Of a stretch of DNA of 64,000 nt, positions 53,441-63,100 are shown piece by piece; the stretch's first letter is position 1, and each line of letters opens with the position of its first letter. Location of the stretch: positions 64,390 to 128,389 of the forward strand of contig JADFXT010000007.1 in assembly GCA_015233405.1 (NCBI GenBank). The letters run 5' to 3'. Source of the stretch: Candidatus Omnitrophota bacterium (lineage in GTDB: Bacteria; Omnitrophota; Gorgyraeia; Zapsychrales; Zapsychraceae). Both the position numbers and the translations under genes were made by a program. The notes beneath the pieces were generated by a model, which worked only from the letters and a program-made list of their open reading frames with translations, was not told where the DNA came from and ran no database searches.

Positions 53441-54835
53441 ATGGCCATCATCCGTAGAATTCTTTTTTTTATTTTCTTAGCAACATATCTTATCGCCTGC
53501 CCGCTTCTTATTTTATACTCGTTCGGTTATATTTTTATCCCCATCAAGCAAGGACTAACACAAACCGGGTTAATTTATCTTTCCTCGACTCCCAAGGGAG
53601 CTGATGTTTATCTTGAAAAAAGCCACTATCGGCAAAAAACTCCAACCACGATAAATGGACTGATCCCCGGAAATTATAAAATTACACTTAAACAAAAAGG
53701 CTATCAGCCTTGGGTTCAAACGGTTCTCGTGGATGTCGGGAAGGCCGCGGCCTTTAAAAATATTTTACTTGTTCCCAAAATGTGGCCGGTCGAGAATATC
53801 ATTTCGAAGGATTTTGTAAAATTAGTACCGCTACGCCAAGCAAATGGTTTTATTGTCGCCACGTCCGCTCATCTCGGCAGCTATGCTGTTTATGATTTTA
53901 AAAAGAAAGACCTTACGCCGTTAGTTCCGTCGGATTCTTCTTTTTTCACTTTGCCTGTTGATTCTATTTTCAGTGAAGAGAACAGTTCGATTTTTATTAT
54001 TTATGGAGGGTCTTTGTGGGGCCATAAATATGTGTATGTGAATTTTGCCAAAACCCCGCAGGAAATCTTGGACATCTCTAAACTCATTGATGAGAAGTCC
54101 GCCGATTTGTTTTGGAGCGACTCTAATCGTTCCAAGATTCTGGCTTTTCATGGCGATTATCTGGATCTTCTGGATACGGAAGAGATGTCCGTTTCTCCTC
54201 GGTATGTAGAAAACGTCAAAGGATACGGTGCAACCGCGAAATGGGTATACACGATGGATATGGAAAATAATGTTTTAAGACACCTGTATCATCCGGTTGA
54301 AAAGCAACCGTTTTTGGACAACGCGCAATTTGACGAGGATCTTCTGGGGGAATCGAGGCCGTATAAGATTAAAGTTTTAGATGGAGATAATATTTTGCTT
54401 TTAGGCCCTAAAGGGCAGTTAGTTGTAAATCTCCCACCGTATAACTTGGCGAAAGACGGAGTTGTCGGTCTTGAATTCTACAAAAAAATTTTTACGCTGT
54501 TATATTGGACTAAACAATCCATCAACCTTGTGGATTTCTCTGAGCAGCCGGAGAATCAATCTCCCGTCAAGAAAGGTGTCCACCAGAGCATTGTTTACGA
54601 GAATGGGAAAAATATCACGGATTGTTTTTTTGTGGATGAAGGAATGCATATTATTTTTAAAGATAACGACCGGTTATATTTGCTTGAAATAGAGCCCGCG
54701 GGCCCGCCGCATGTCGAGTTCCTTGCAGAAGTCAAAAAAGATAGTTCATTTTTTTATGCCCAGGAAACAGGAGCTGTTTATTATTTAGATTCTCAGACGA
54801 GGCATTTAAATTCTATTCAGGTGGTCCCCAAGTAA
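53441..54835 (+). CDS. PEGA-domain membrane-anchored protein
   Basis: N-terminal TM. 'SSTPKGADVYLEKSHYRQKTPTTINGLIPGNYKITLKQKGYQPW' is a PEGA domain. Confidence 0.65.
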   Translation: MAIIRRILFFIFLATYLIACPLLILYSFGYIFIPIKQGLTQTGLIYLSSTPKGADVYLEKSHYRQKTPTTINGLIPGNYKITLKQKGYQPWVQTVLVDVGKAAAFKNILLVPKMWPVENIISKDFVKLVPLRQANGFIVATSAHLGSYAVYDFKKKDLTPLVPSDSSFFTLPVDSIFSEENSSIFIIYGGSLWGHKYVYVNFAKTPQEILDISKLIDEKSADLFWSDSNRSKILAFHGDYLDLLDTEEMSVSPRYVENVKGYGATAKWVYTMDMENNVLRHLYHPVEKQPFLDNAQFDEDLLGESRPYKIKVLDGDNILLLGPKGQLVVNLPPYNLAKDGVVGLEFYKKIFTLLYWTKQSINLVDFSEQPENQSPVKKGVHQSIVYENGKNITDCFFVDEGMHIIFKDNDRLYLLEIEPAGPPHVEFLAEVKKDSSFFYAQETGAVYYLDSQTRHLNSIQVVPK

Positions 54836-54845
54836 AGAATATTTT

Positions 54846-56489
54846 ATGAATTATAACTATTCGCGCCACAACATTCAGGGAAAAGACAAAGCGCTAGAGC
54901 GCGCGTTAGAGATCCTGCCCGGATTTTTAAGCTGGATTATTATTATCGGGATGCTGGTGCTTTCCATCGTCGAGCCTTTGGTCGCAGCGGTTGTGATGAT
55001 CGCGTTTATTTTATATTGGGTCTTGCGGCTTTTGTATATGAATATTTTTCTTGTTCTCTCTTATCTGAGGCTGGACATTGAAAAAGAGGCGAATTGGATT
55101 GGGCGTATTGCAGGTGTTGACCGGGTGCAATCTTATAATCAGGAATTATGCCAATTGCCTTGTCCTAAAGATTTTAAGGCAAAATGGTCTTTGCGCCTGC
55201 ATTGTAAAGAACTTTCAGATTTGATAAAAAGCGGGTCTTTGCCTCCTAAATCCGACGACATTTATCATTTGGTGATTATTCCGGTTATCAAAGAGACCAG
55301 AGATATCATTGAGCCGGGGATTGAGGGTATTAAGTCCGGCAAATATCCTTCCTCTAAAGTTCTTGTCGTGATCGCTCTGGAGGACCGGGCGTCAACGGAA
55401 GTCCAAAATGATGTTCTGGCAATTAAGGATTTGTACGCAAAAAAATTCTTTGATTTTTTGGTGGTCCGCCATCCCAGCAATATTCCCGGCGAGGCCAGAG
55501 TGAAAGGCGCGAATGCATCTTACGCGGCCAGATCTGCGAAAGAATATTTTGATCAAAGAAAAATCCTTTATGAGAACGTAATTGTTTCGTGTTTTGATGC
55601 CGATACCGTGCCGAATCCAGATTATTTTAGTTGTCTGACGTATCATTTCATGATCACACCGAATAGAGTCCAAAGAAGCTATCAGCCTATCCCTGTTTAT
55701 CACAATAATATCTGGAATGTGCCGAGTTTTGCCAGGATCATTGATATCGGAACTTCTTTTTTTGAGCTGGTGGAGGCGACCAATCCTAAGAAAATGGTCA
55801 CATTTTCCAGTCACAGCATGAGTTTTAAGGCCTTGGTCGACGTCGATTTCTGGCCCGTCGACATGATTTCGGATGATTCGGCAATTTTTTGGAAAGCGTT
55901 TATCCGTTATGACGGGGATTATCAGACGGTGCCTATTTATACAACGGTTTCGATGGATATCGTGGCCGGAAGAAATAGGGGGGAGACTTTTGTCAATATT
56001 TACAAGCAGAAGCGCCGTTGGGCGTGGGGTGTGGAAAACTTTCCTATTGTCTTACGGGCATTCTTAAAATCCAGCGGGATCTCTTTTTATCAAAGACTGA
56101 CCTATGGGTTTAAGTTGTTGGAAGCCTTTGTGTCTTGGGCGACATGGTCATTGCTTTTGTCTTTGGTTAGCTGGCTGCCCGGTTTTTTTGCCAGCAGAGA
56201 ATTTGCGACGAGCACGGTGTATTATATTGCGCCGCGTATTCAAGCAACGATTTTTAGCCTGGCGTCTTTTGGGCTTATCATTTGTGTGTCGTTAAGCATT
56301 ATGATGCTTCCACCTATCACGGGGGAACATAATATTTTAAAAAAGATCCGGCATGTTTTTGAATGGTTGCTCATCCCGGTCATTGTTTTGGTCTTAAGCG
56401 CCATTCCGGCGTTGGATGCCCAGACAAGGCTGATGTTTGGAAGATACATGGATTTTTGGGTCACGGATAAATATCGAAAGAAAGGCTAA
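54846..56489 (+). CDS. Membrane-integrated family-2 glycosyltransferase (processive, cellulose/chitin-synthase-like)
   Basis: 'VSCFDADTVP' is the DxD region. 'SDDSAIFWKA' and 'QKRRWAWG' (the Q-x-x-R-W motif) are present. TM helices flank the domain. Confidence 0.7.
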   Translation: MNYNYSRHNIQGKDKALERALEILPGFLSWIIIIGMLVLSIVEPLVAAVVMIAFILYWVLRLLYMNIFLVLSYLRLDIEKEANWIGRIAGVDRVQSYNQELCQLPCPKDFKAKWSLRLHCKELSDLIKSGSLPPKSDDIYHLVIIPVIKETRDIIEPGIEGIKSGKYPSSKVLVVIALEDRASTEVQNDVLAIKDLYAKKFFDFLVVRHPSNIPGEARVKGANASYAARSAKEYFDQRKILYENVIVSCFDADTVPNPDYFSCLTYHFMITPNRVQRSYQPIPVYHNNIWNVPSFARIIDIGTSFFELVEATNPKKMVTFSSHSMSFKALVDVDFWPVDMISDDSAIFWKAFIRYDGDYQTVPIYTTVSMDIVAGRNRGETFVNIYKQKRRWAWGVENFPIVLRAFLKSSGISFYQRLTYGFKLLEAFVSWATWSLLLSLVSWLPGFFASREFATSTVYYIAPRIQATIFSLASFGLIICVSLSIMMLPPITGEHNILKKIRHVFEWLLIPVIVLVLSAIPALDAQTRLMFGRYMDFWVTDKYRKKG

Positions 56490-56596
56490 TTAATCACATG
56501 TCTGGCGAGCTTATGCATCTTCCGAAAAAATCCGGCTTGCTGTCTGTGAAATTCATGGTAACATCAGAAAAATCGTTGATTAGGAGATAGAAGAAT

Positions 56597-57985
56597 ATGT
56601 CAGAGCGTCTAGAAAAAGATTCTTTAGGAGAGAAGACCATCCCGTCGGATGCTTATTGGGGAATTCACACAAAGCGCGCGCTGGAAAATTTTTCCATTAG
56701 CTGTCTTAAAGTGAATCCATCTTTGATTAAAGCCATGGCCACGGTCAAGAAAACCTGCGCCTTGACCAATCAAGAGTTGGGATGCTTGCCTTTAGAAAAA
56801 TCCAAAGCTATCATGATGGCTTGCGATGAAATCATCGACGGAAAATTATCGGATCAATTTCCTTTGGATGCGCTTCAAGGCGGCGCCGGCACGTCGACGA
56901 ACATGAACGTCAACGAAGTCATCGCCAATCGAGCGATAGAAATTTTAGGAGGACAAAAGGGGAATTATGGTCTTGTGCATCCCATCGAGGATGTCAATTT
57001 AAACCAGTCAACCAATGACGTTTATCCGACGGCGCTTAAAGTGGCGTGCATTTCTATGCTACGCGTTTTAGCCGCAGAAATCGCGCGTCTTCAAGGCGCT
57101 TTCCAGAAGAAGGAAAAAGAATTTGCCGAGATTGTTAAAATAGGCCGGACCGAACTTCAAGAGGCTGTGCCCATGACCTTAGGCCAGGAATTTTCCGCCT
57201 TCGCCGAAGCCATTGGCCGTGACCGGTGGCGTACCTTTAAATGCGAGGAGCGTTTGCGCGTGGTCAATCTCGGCGGCACAGCCATCGGGACGGGAATCAG
57301 CGCACCTAAAAGTTATATTTTTGGAGTAATAGAAAAATTGCGCGAGATCACGGGCATGGGATTGATGCGCGGGGAAAATCTCGTCGATGCAACAGCCAAT
57401 GCCGATAGCTTTGTGGAAATTTCTGGCATTCTAAAAGCGCATGCGGTCAACCTAATAAAAATCTCAAATGATTTAAGGTTGCTCAATCTTTTAGGTGAAA
57501 TCAAATTGCCGGCGGTGCAGGTCGGTTCGTCGATTATGGCAGGAAAAATTAATCCCGTTATCCTGGAATCCGTGATACAGAGCGGTTATAAAGTCATCGC
57601 AAATGACGCGCTGGTCACCGAAGCTGCGGCGAAAGGGTCTTTGCAGATCAATGAATTTTTACCGCTATTGGCGCACGCCATCCTTGAATCCTTGGATATC
57701 TTGACGGCCATTAATGGCATTTTTGCCAATCACGTCGATGGAATTAAGGCTGATGAACAAAAGTGCCTGGATTATTTAAATAAAAGCCCACAGATCATCA
57801 CGGCATTTCTACCGTATATCGGTTACGATAAAGCCGCTGACCTTTTAAAAGAATTTCAATCGTCGGGAAAAGATAACTTAAGAGCCTTCTTAAATGAGAA
57901 ACTTGGAGTTGAGGCGGTCGACAAAGTCCTTTCCATCGAAAGGCTCATCTCTTTGGGATATAAAGATCGTAAATCAATTTCGTAG
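56597..57985 (+). CDS. aspA: Aspartate ammonia-lyase (class II fumarase/aspartase family)
   Basis: 'GAGTSTNMNVNEVIANRA', 'NQSTNDVYPTA' and 'GSSIMAGKINP' signature. Confidence 0.75.
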   Translation: MSERLEKDSLGEKTIPSDAYWGIHTKRALENFSISCLKVNPSLIKAMATVKKTCALTNQELGCLPLEKSKAIMMACDEIIDGKLSDQFPLDALQGGAGTSTNMNVNEVIANRAIEILGGQKGNYGLVHPIEDVNLNQSTNDVYPTALKVACISMLRVLAAEIARLQGAFQKKEKEFAEIVKIGRTELQEAVPMTLGQEFSAFAEAIGRDRWRTFKCEERLRVVNLGGTAIGTGISAPKSYIFGVIEKLREITGMGLMRGENLVDATANADSFVEISGILKAHAVNLIKISNDLRLLNLLGEIKLPAVQVGSSIMAGKINPVILESVIQSGYKVIANDALVTEAAAKGSLQINEFLPLLAHAILESLDILTAINGIFANHVDGIKADEQKCLDYLNKSPQIITAFLPYIGYDKAADLLKEFQSSGKDNLRAFLNEKLGVEAVDKVLSIERLISLGYKDRKSIS

Positions 57986-57991
57986 CTTCAT

Positions 57992-58100
57992 CTGTCATCC
58001 CCGCGGAAGCGGGGATCCAGGATCCGTGGAGTAAGCTCTACGGAGAGCTAAATTTTTAAAAATATTTACTGGATTCCCGCCTGCGCGGGAATGACAAAAG
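57992..58100. repeat. Palindromic dispersed repeat, locus 7
   Basis: 'CTGTCATCCCCGCGGAAGCGGGGATCCAG' (57992-58020) and inverted 'CTGGATTCCCGCCTGCGCGGGAATGACAAAAG' (58069-58100). Confidence 0.85.
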
Positions 58101-58133
58101 TAAGATGAAAATAAGGAAGAAATTTAAGTTTTT

Positions 58134-59372
58134 ATGGAAAAGACACCTAAAGCATTACGACTACATATCGCATTATTTGGCCGAACCAACGTCGGGAAAT
58201 CCAGCTTTCTCAATATGGTCGTAGGTCAGGATGTAGCTATTACATCGCCAGTTCCTGGGACCACGACCGATGTCGTCGAGAAAACCATGGAGCTTTTGCC
58301 GCTTGGGCCGGTGGTCTTTTTAGATACTGCCGGGCTCGACGATAAATCAGTCTTGGCGGAATTACGGCTTCAAAAAACGAGGAAGGTGTTTGAGCGCTCG
58401 GATGTGATCTTGCTTTTACTTGAAGCCGGCATTTGGAGTGAATATGAGGACAATGTTTTAGCACAAGCTCACCAAAGAAATATTCCTGTCATTGCTGTCG
58501 TAAATAAATCCGATATCCTTCCGCCGTCGGAGAATTTTTTGGCGGATGTTAAAGAAAAAACGCCGCGATTGTTTATTTGCTCTAGTCTTGATTTAACTAA
58601 GCGTCATGATCAGGTCAACACCTTAAAACGTCTATTGCTTGAAGCGGCGCCGGATGAATTCTTGTATCCATCGCCTTTGATCGGAGACCTTCTTCCCGCT
58701 GGAGGGTTAGCTGTTTTAATCGTGCCGATAGATTTGGAAGCGCCAAAAGGCCGGCTGATCTTGCCGCAGGTCCAAACTATCCGTGATGCTTTGGACAATG
58801 ATGCGGCCACGTTGGTCGTCAAGGAAAGGGAGTACGCGGCCTATTTAGGAAAATTAAAGACTCCTCCGGATATTGTAGTTTGCGACTCACAGGTTGTTTT
58901 AAAAATGGTTGCGGATACACCGAAAGAGATCAAGTGCACGACGTTTTCCATTTTATTCTCGCGGTTTAAAGGAGACTTGGTCGAATCGGTTAAAGGTGCT
59001 TTGGTGATTGATCGATTGCAGTCCGGTGATAAGGTTTTGATCGCGGAGGCCTGCAGCCATCATGACCTCGAGGACGATATTGCCCGCGTGAAGATCCCCC
59101 GTTGGCTGCGGCAATATACCGGCGTCAATCTGACTATTGACATCTGCCAGGGCAAAGATTATCCTGACAATTTAAAAGAATATAAGTTAATCATCCATTG
59201 CGGCGCATGCATGTTCAATCGTCGGGAAATGATGTTCAGGATCGAGCACGCTAAAGAGCAAGGTGTCCCTATTACAAACTATGGGGTCTGTATCTCGTTC
59301 CTTCAAGGAGTTTTGGAAAGGGTGCTTACGCCTTTTCCGCTAGCTTTGCAAACATTGAAAAAAGGAGATTAG
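58134..59372 (+). CDS. hydF: [FeFe]-hydrogenase maturation GTPase
   Basis: 'IALFGRTNVGKSSFLN', 'DTAGLDD' and 'NKSD' are the GTPase motifs. C-terminal 'EACSHH...HCGACM' is the CxH...HCxxC FeS motif. Confidence 0.8.
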   Translation: MEKTPKALRLHIALFGRTNVGKSSFLNMVVGQDVAITSPVPGTTTDVVEKTMELLPLGPVVFLDTAGLDDKSVLAELRLQKTRKVFERSDVILLLLEAGIWSEYEDNVLAQAHQRNIPVIAVVNKSDILPPSENFLADVKEKTPRLFICSSLDLTKRHDQVNTLKRLLLEAAPDEFLYPSPLIGDLLPAGGLAVLIVPIDLEAPKGRLILPQVQTIRDALDNDAATLVVKEREYAAYLGKLKTPPDIVVCDSQVVLKMVADTPKEIKCTTFSILFSRFKGDLVESVKGALVIDRLQSGDKVLIAEACSHHDLEDDIARVKIPRWLRQYTGVNLTIDICQGKDYPDNLKEYKLIIHCGACMFNRREMMFRIEHAKEQGVPITNYGVCISFLQGVLERVLTPFPLALQTLKKGD

Positions 59373-59376
59373 AAAT

Positions 59377-59907
59377 ATGGAGGCAATGAAGGCAATTTTA
59401 GAAAGACGTAGTGTCCGAAAATATACCGGTGAAGCGGTCAGCCGCGATAAACTTTTAATGCTCGCGAAAGCAGGCATGGCCGCGCCAACATCCCGGGACA
59501 CACGCCATTTTCATTTTATTATTATTGATAATAGTGTTTTGATTAATAAACTTGCCGAAGGCCTGCCTTACGCGAAGATGCTTTTTACCGCGAAACATGC
59601 GATCATAGTTGCCAGTGATTTATCTATTGCTCACGGCGGCGCTGAAACGGATTACTGGCTCCAGGATTGCTGTGCAGCTGCGGAAAATATCCTGCTTGCC
59701 GCTCACGCTTTAGGCCTTGGTGCCTGCTGGACCGCGGCCCATCCGCGAGCGGAGAGAGTCGCCTTCATCAAAGAAGCCCTTGCGTTACCAAAAAATATCA
59801 GTCCCTTGTGTGTGATCGCCGTCGGTGTCCCGGCTGGCGAAGAAAAGCCCAGAGACAAATTTGATGCGTCCCATGTTTCATGGAATCAATGGAGCCTTCA
59901 GAGTTAA
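59377..59907 (+). CDS. Nitroreductase-family protein
   Basis: 'ILERRSVRKYTGEAV', 'AAPTSRDTRHFHFIII' and 'LGLGACW'. Confidence 0.7.
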   Translation: MEAMKAILERRSVRKYTGEAVSRDKLLMLAKAGMAAPTSRDTRHFHFIIIDNSVLINKLAEGLPYAKMLFTAKHAIIVASDLSIAHGGAETDYWLQDCCAAAENILLAAHALGLGACWTAAHPRAERVAFIKEALALPKNISPLCVIAVGVPAGEEKPRDKFDASHVSWNQWSLQS

Positions 59908-59977
59908 GGAAGCGCTTTCCTCTCTTTGTCTCAAATTGTGGTTTTTTTGCTTATAATATTTTATACTTAATAAGGAA

Positions 59978-60075
59978 GCATGAAGGTCGAATCGAAACGG
60001 CAAACTACTCGTAAGGGTAGGGCGCAAAGTTAGAGGGTCCTAAAGGAATAGGATAGCCTGACTACCGAAGTCGCG
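59978..60075 (+). promoter_or_regulatory. c-di-GMP-I (GEMM-I) riboswitch aptamer
   Basis: 'GGCAAAC-TACTC-GTAA-GGGTA-GGGCGCAAAG....AGCCTGACTACCGAAG' matches the GEMM-I conserved core: GGCAAA, a GNRA-capped P1b, (G/A)CGCAAAG, and AGCC..ACCGAA. Confidence 0.8.
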
Positions 60076-60093
60076 GAAGCATGGGAAATCAAT

Positions 60094-60130
60094 AGCCTAT
60101 TCCTAAAGTTTTTTAGGGATGGGCTTTTTT
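60094..60130 (+). terminator. Riboswitch expression-platform terminator
   Basis: AGCCTATTCCTA..TAGGGATGGGCT hairpin, followed by TTTTTT. Its 5' arm is also complementary to aptamer sequence 'TAGGAATAGGAT'-like 60046-60057. Confidence 0.6.
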
Positions 60131-60162
60131 ATTGGGAGAAAAGGACAACAGGGGGAATAGTG

Positions 60163-63100
60163 ATGAGTTTCTTTGGTTATAAGAGACAAAAAAGCTATTT
60201 GTTTAAAGCCGTTGTTTCTTTATTAATTCTTACCTTTAATATCAGTCTACTTACCCCGTTTAAAGCTTACGCTCAGGAATCTCTTAATCTTCCAACTCCC
60301 GGGGCCATGGTTTTGCCAAGCTCCGTCTTTACGCCCATTTTGCTTAAAGGGGTCAGAATCAATCCCGACAATCCATTTGGTTTTAAATTTATTGTTGATG
60401 CCGGCGATTCCAACCTGCAGGGTGAAGGGTTAAAAGAAGCGTCGACTAAGCTCATTAAATATTTTTTGGCGTCTTTGACCATTCCGGAAAAAGATCTTTG
60501 GGTCAACCTTTCTCCTTACGAAAAAGACCGTATTATCCCCAAGGAATTTGGTATCACGGAAATGGGCAAAGACCTCTTGGCCCAGGATTACCTCTTAAAG
60601 CAGCTGACTGCATCTTTGATGTATCCGGAAAAAGATTTAGGGAAAAAATTCTGGGATGAGGTTTATCAAAAAGCCCGAGAAGCTTATGGCACGACGGACA
60701 TTCCAGTTGACTCGTTTAATAAGGTCTGGATCGTTCCTGATAAAGCGGTTGTTTATCAGGAAGGGAATTCCGCTTTTGTGGCCGAGAGCCACTTAAAGGT
60801 GATGCTTGAAGAAGATTACGAAGCTCTCAAATCGAGCGCGGAGTCCCGAGCATCTGCGAGGGATCTGGCGGCTTCACATAATGTAGGGGCGGGGTTTCCC
60901 CGCCCTGATGATAAAGGGCGCGGTAACCGCGCCCCTACGGCGATCATTAAAGAAATCATTCTTCCCTCCATTGAGAAAGAAGTCAACGAAGGCAAGAATT
61001 TCGTTCCTTTACGACAGATTTTTTATTCGCTGATCTTGGCCTCCTGGTATAAGCAAGCCCTCAAAGAAAGTTTATTTGGGAAAATCTATGTTGATAAAAA
61101 GAAAATCAGCGGAGTTGACGTCGAGAATAAAGAGGTTAAACAACAAATTTATAATCAATACCTCGCGGCTTTTAAAAAGGGAGTTTATAACTACATCCGG
61201 CAGGATTATGATCCGGCGTCCCAAGCCCTTGTTGCTCATAAGTATTTCTCCGGCGGGGTCAGCGCTCTAGGATTAGTTGCGCCCATTGACGGCAAGCCGC
61301 CTATCTTAAAAATTTTTAAACGTGACCGTGCGATGGCAGCTGAAGTGAAGAAAGATTTGTCTCCTTCTGTTAGTAATCCGTTAGATAGAACTTATGAAGT
61401 CGCCGTCAATTTAGAAGGCACTAATGCTGAAACTCCTAATGTTAGTAAGAAAGCGGCTTTACCGTCATCCGGCACTCAATCTTTAATAGGATTTTTCCCC
61501 GGCATAGGGAGCGGTAGCGCCTATAGAAATTTGGGGAGTGCTTTATATGATACAGGGATCCCGGAGGTGCAAAATATTTATAGAGAAGCCGCGCAAGTTT
61601 TAGGATATATGAAAGACGGCAAGCCGGATCCCACTAAATTATTTTTTGCTGATGAAAATTTGCCAGCCGATCCGGAGAAAAAACTTGGATTTATCAGTAT
61701 CGCATTTCTTGTCCATAACCTCGCTTTGCATGAGTATTTTAAGAAACGCTCTGACTTGGCAGGCCTCCCAGTTGAATTTAAGGCGTATACAGGAGAAAGT
61801 TTTGGAATTTTGACCGCGGCCATCGCCAGCAAAGCAGTTTCTCTTTCCGACGGAATTAAGATCGCGTCTTTTTTTATCAAATGCCTTGCAGATGCCAGCA
61901 GGGAATCCGTTGCTGAGAATCATCATGTGATTGGCATCGTTGGAGAGGATTTGGAGGCCGTGATCCCGATTCTTGAGGCACAGTTTAAAGATAAATTTGA
62001 AGTCCATAAAATGTATTCAAACCAGCAAGTGAACGTTTATGTCGCCGTAAGCGCGATCAATGAATTTAAGGCTTTGATGGAAACTGACGAGATGAGACGT
62101 CGATTTCCTGATTTGCGATTTAAAGATCTTAAACCTCCCACTAAAAACATTGCCCATTCGAAGAAAATGTCCTTGGCTCGAGAAAGATTCTTAAAATTTA
62201 TCGATGAGAATAATATTGTCTTTAACACACCGCCAGTTCCAGTCATTTCCAATAACCACTCCAACATGTTAACGACGGCAGATGCGGTCAAGAAGGGTAT
62301 TTTGGCGATGATCGATGAGCCGATGGATTCCCAAGAAACAGTCCGGCTTGCTCAAAGTATGAATGTGGACCTTATTGTGGAGCTGGGCTTAGGCGGTAAG
62401 ACAAGGCCGTTAATCGAAAATAATTATCAGGGCGATACGCCTTTCATGGAATTTACCGGAGAGAGTGATATCAAAACAGACAATATTTCTTCCCTTCAAT
62501 TGATCCAAACGCTTGGTACAGAATTAGGACAATTCAAGAAAGCCGGTTCCTCGGCACAGATAGGAGAACAGCAATATAATTTATTAAGAACTATTTTTGA
62601 AAAGGCCGCCCAGAATCCTTTCTTACAGAAACTGCTTCTTTCTTTTATTCGCAAGATAATTAAGGAAGATATGCGCCAAGAAAAGAAGGAAGATGCGCCG
62701 GCATTTTACAAGTTGCTTGAGATTCTCCAAAACAGCTATTTATGCCATTTTGTTTTAAATATTGAAAGCTTAGCTCCTGATGCGCTAGCGATATCTGCCC
62801 TCTTTAAGAAAAGACTTTTATCTCAAGAAGATAAAGTTGATATTGATCTGCTTCTTTTAGAAAGAAGTGGTCGTGAAGTGCAGCTATCTTTTATGGATTA
62901 TAAATATCCCGAGACCGTCACATTTGCTTTTCAAACCTTAACTCTATCACTGCCAGAATTAGCTAACAAAGCGAAGCAACTCATCCGACTTCAGCCTAAA
63001 GCAAAGGAAATTTACGAGGAGATCCGCAAAGGTTTAGGATTGAATAACCTTGACTTTTTTACTAATTCGCAGCAAGTGATGACCCTAGGTCTTGAACCTT

